Translations under genes and position numbers: made by a program
The notes under the pieces: generated by a model
The model's input: only the letters and a program-made list of their open reading frames with translations
The model's database searches: none
What the model was told of the DNA's origin: nothing
Assembly: GCA_003222535.1 (NCBI GenBank)
Contig: QHWJ01000345.1
Coordinates: 1,546-65,545, forward strand
Source of the DNA: Acidobacteriota bacterium
Lineage (GTDB): Bacteria; Acidobacteriota; Vicinamibacteria; Vicinamibacterales; CAVVIG01
Direction of reading: 5' to 3'
Length of the DNA: 64,000 nt
Shown: in pieces, positions 62,352-64,000 of the stretch
Layout of the letters: the number at the start of each line of letters is the position of its first letter
Numbering within the stretch: the stretch's first letter is position 1

Positions 62352-63206
62352 GTGCTGGAGCGCGTCATCACCGCAGAGGCCAACGAGCATCCGCAGTCAG
62401 AGGCCTGCGTCCCGTGGTGGAGTTTTTCGAAAACTGTTCTCGCTGCCGCGGCGCTGGTCCTCGTCAGCCGGCGCCGCATCGATCTCGACGGGCCGATCGC
62501 CGGCGCGCCATACACGCTCCGACAGCTGCTGCAGCACACTTCAGGGCTTCCTGATTACGGCCCGATTCCCGAGTACCACGCTGCGGTTGCTGCGCGCGAG
62601 CAGCCGTGGTGCGTCGATGAGCTGCTTCGTCGCGCGAACGCGTCGACGCTGCTCTTCAAGCCCGGCGAGCGATTCGCCTACTCGAACATCGGCTACTTGT
62701 TTGTACGCCAACTGATCGAGCGCGTGGCCGATGCCAATCTGAACACCGCGCTCAGGGCGCTGGTCTTCGATCCACTGGGGATCGAGGGCGCGTTCGTCGC
62801 GAGCACCGTGGAGGAGTTTGACCGGATCGTCTGGAGGAACGCCCGCGGGTACGACCCGCGCTGGGTGTATCACGGGTGCGTCATCGGATCGCTGTGGTGG
62901 GCGGCGGTCTTTCTTCATCGCCTGATGCACGGTGAGCTGCTAGGTCCGGAACCCAAGCGCGCCATGCTCGAACCGCGCCCCTACGACGCGGACGGAGATC
63001 CGCCGCCCGGCTACGGGCTCGGAGTAATGTGTGAGGATAGCGCGCGCGGCCGTCTTGCCGGCCACGCGGGCTCTGGTCCCGGCAGTACGGTTGTTGTGTT
63101 CTCGTTTCTCGATCTGACGACGCCGAGGACGTTAGCAGCGGCAGTGGATGTCGACGACCCCGACACGTTCCCGAAACTCATCGAACATCTTGGAACGCTC
63201 GTTTAA
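62352..63206 (+). CDS. beta-lactamase-family serine hydrolase (short form)
   Basis: SFSK (SxxK), YSNIGY (YxN) and HAGSGPG (HxG) occur in the right order. GTG start, 15 nt after the Phd stop. Confidence 0.75.
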   Translation: MLERVITAEANEHPQSEACVPWWSFSKTVLAAAALVLVSRRRIDLDGPIAGAPYTLRQLLQHTSGLPDYGPIPEYHAAVAAREQPWCVDELLRRANASTLLFKPGERFAYSNIGYLFVRQLIERVADANLNTALRALVFDPLGIEGAFVASTVEEFDRIVWRNARGYDPRWVYHGCVIGSLWWAAVFLHRLMHGELLGPEPKRAMLEPRPYDADGDPPPGYGLGVMCEDSARGRLAGHAGSGPGSTVVVFSFLDLTTPRTLAAAVDVDDPDTFPKLIEHLGTLV

Positions 63207-63849
63207 CCGCAGGGCGAGGCGTCGTCCGTGCATCTATGTGCTCGCTGGAACGAACGGCGCCGGCAACAGCAGTGTAGCCGGCGCGATGTTCCGCCAATCC
63301 GGCGCAGACTACTTCAATCCTGACGAAGCGACAGGGCGGATTCTGGCCGGCAATCCAGGCATTTCGACGGCGGAAGCCAACAGTGCTGCCTGGCACGAGG
63401 GGAAGCGGCTTCTGGAATACGCAATTGCCGAACGTCTGGACTTCGCACTCGAAACCACGCTTGGAGGACATACCATCACCGCGCTTCTCCAGAAGGCGTT
63501 GGCGGCGGGAATCGAGGTGCGCATTTGGTTCGTGGGACTGAGCAGTCCCGAGCTGCATATCGCGCGTGTTCGAGCGAGGGTTGCTCGAGGCGGACACGAT
63601 ATCCCGGAAGAGAAGATTCGTGAGCGCTACGACCAGAGTCGGATCAATCTGATTGAGTTGATGCCGAAAGTCACCGAGCTGAGAGTTTACGACAACAGCA
63701 CTGAAGCGGATCCACACGCTGGCCGACCTCCCCAGCCGATGCTGATCCTTCACCGAGCCGAGCGGAAAATGGTCGAGATGATTGACCTGCCCAAGACACC
63801 TGATTGGGCCAAGCCTCTGGTCGTCGCAGCGATCAAGCTTGTCAAATGA
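63190..63849 (+). CDS. zeta-toxin / COG4185-like P-loop kinase family protein with an atypical Walker A
   Basis: VLAGTNGAGNSS (GxxGxGKS/T with N at the Lys position), YFNPDE, ETTLGG, VRARVARGGHDIPEEKIRERY and RVYDNS are present. A TTG start is proposed at 63190; the ORF track starts at 63148. Confidence 0.7.
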   Translation: MERSFNRRARRRPCIYVLAGTNGAGNSSVAGAMFRQSGADYFNPDEATGRILAGNPGISTAEANSAAWHEGKRLLEYAIAERLDFALETTLGGHTITALLQKALAAGIEVRIWFVGLSSPELHIARVRARVARGGHDIPEEKIRERYDQSRINLIELMPKVTELRVYDNSTEADPHAGRPPQPMLILHRAERKMVEMIDLPKTPDWAKPLVVAAIKLVK

Positions 63850-63855
63850 GCTCAC

Positions 63856-63983
63856 GTTCGCCTGACCGATGACGAACGCCGCACGTTGGAACAGCGTGCC
63901 GACCAGGAAGCACGAACCGTCAGCAATACGTTCGCAAGCAGTTGCGGGACGTGCTCAGCAAGGAAGGAGCGTTACGTGCCTGA
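63856..63983 (+). pseudogene. ribbon-helix-helix (CopG/antitoxin-like) ORF readable only across frame changes
   Basis: One frame reads VRLTDDERRTLEQRADQEARTVS. An adjacent frame continues QYVRKQLRDVLSKEGALRA-stop. The only nearby ATG (63846) is in the second frame and hits a stop after 8 codons. Confidence 0.4.
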
Positions 63984-64000
63984 GCGGCACGTTGGACTTC

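Overview
This is a 64-kb, very GC-rich (about two-thirds G+C by eye) bacterial chromosomal segment, densely coding on both strands. The gene content fits an Acidobacteriota-like soil bacterium: a CarboxypepD_reg-type TonB receptor, hpnCDE squalene genes, a fused double-FtsX permease with a LolA-like partner, and many P/T/G/R-rich spurious ORFs. That taxonomic call is inference only.

Gene order, left to right:
- 1-4958: an Arn-like aminosugar / lipid-carrier glycosylation cluster.
- 5.0-12.8 kb: an STN-like secreted protein, yqeY, rhomboid, DoxX, M28 peptidase, cupin, and a fused 2-oxoacid dehydrogenase E1.
- 13.0-15.9 kb: a beta-propeller protein plus an ABC-2 exporter.
- 16.3-23.5 kb: a TetR-headed beta-oxidation operon.
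- 23.7-29.2 kb: DUF1684, HAD, a ~945-aa TonB-dependent receptor, and a SirB1-like protein.
- 29.3-38.6 kb: an eight-gene minus-strand string headed by a MacB-type ABC exporter with LolA-like and outer-membrane-barrel partners.
- 39-52.3 kb: ThyX-like, def, NUDIX, a lipoprotein, a TPR protein, SCO, class II aldolase, thiI, and hpnCDE.
- 52.9-58.9 kb: PduO, MutY-like plus MutT, ygfZ, an alpha/beta hydrolase, and a PLP decarboxylase.
- 58.9-64 kb: a decayed accessory tail, lower in GC at least in its last ~0.8 kb (63.2-63.85 kb, by eye). It holds a permease remnant, FHA, MBL, a receiver, a broken threonine dehydratase, and a Phd / serine-hydrolase / zeta-like / RHH module.

I recognised no rRNA, tRNA, CRISPR array or intact transposase by eye.

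The most unusual signals are these:
1. At least six families of intergenic hairpins are built from inverted blocks of tandem heptamers. Stop codons, and in one case a start codon, are embedded in them.
2. G-quadruplex-prone hexamer arrays lie on the sense strand just ahead of two exported-protein genes.
3. There is a high density of disrupted genes. These include single-base frame changes, internal deletions that remove catalytic motifs, and a glutaredoxin-like ORF with TGA at the redox-Cys position.
4. The ABC exporter promoter looks leaderless and carries a perfect TGTGA-N6-TCACA site.
5. A candidate anti-SD-type sRNA lies behind yqeY.

Everything here comes from reading the sequence and remembered family motifs. 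No searches were run.
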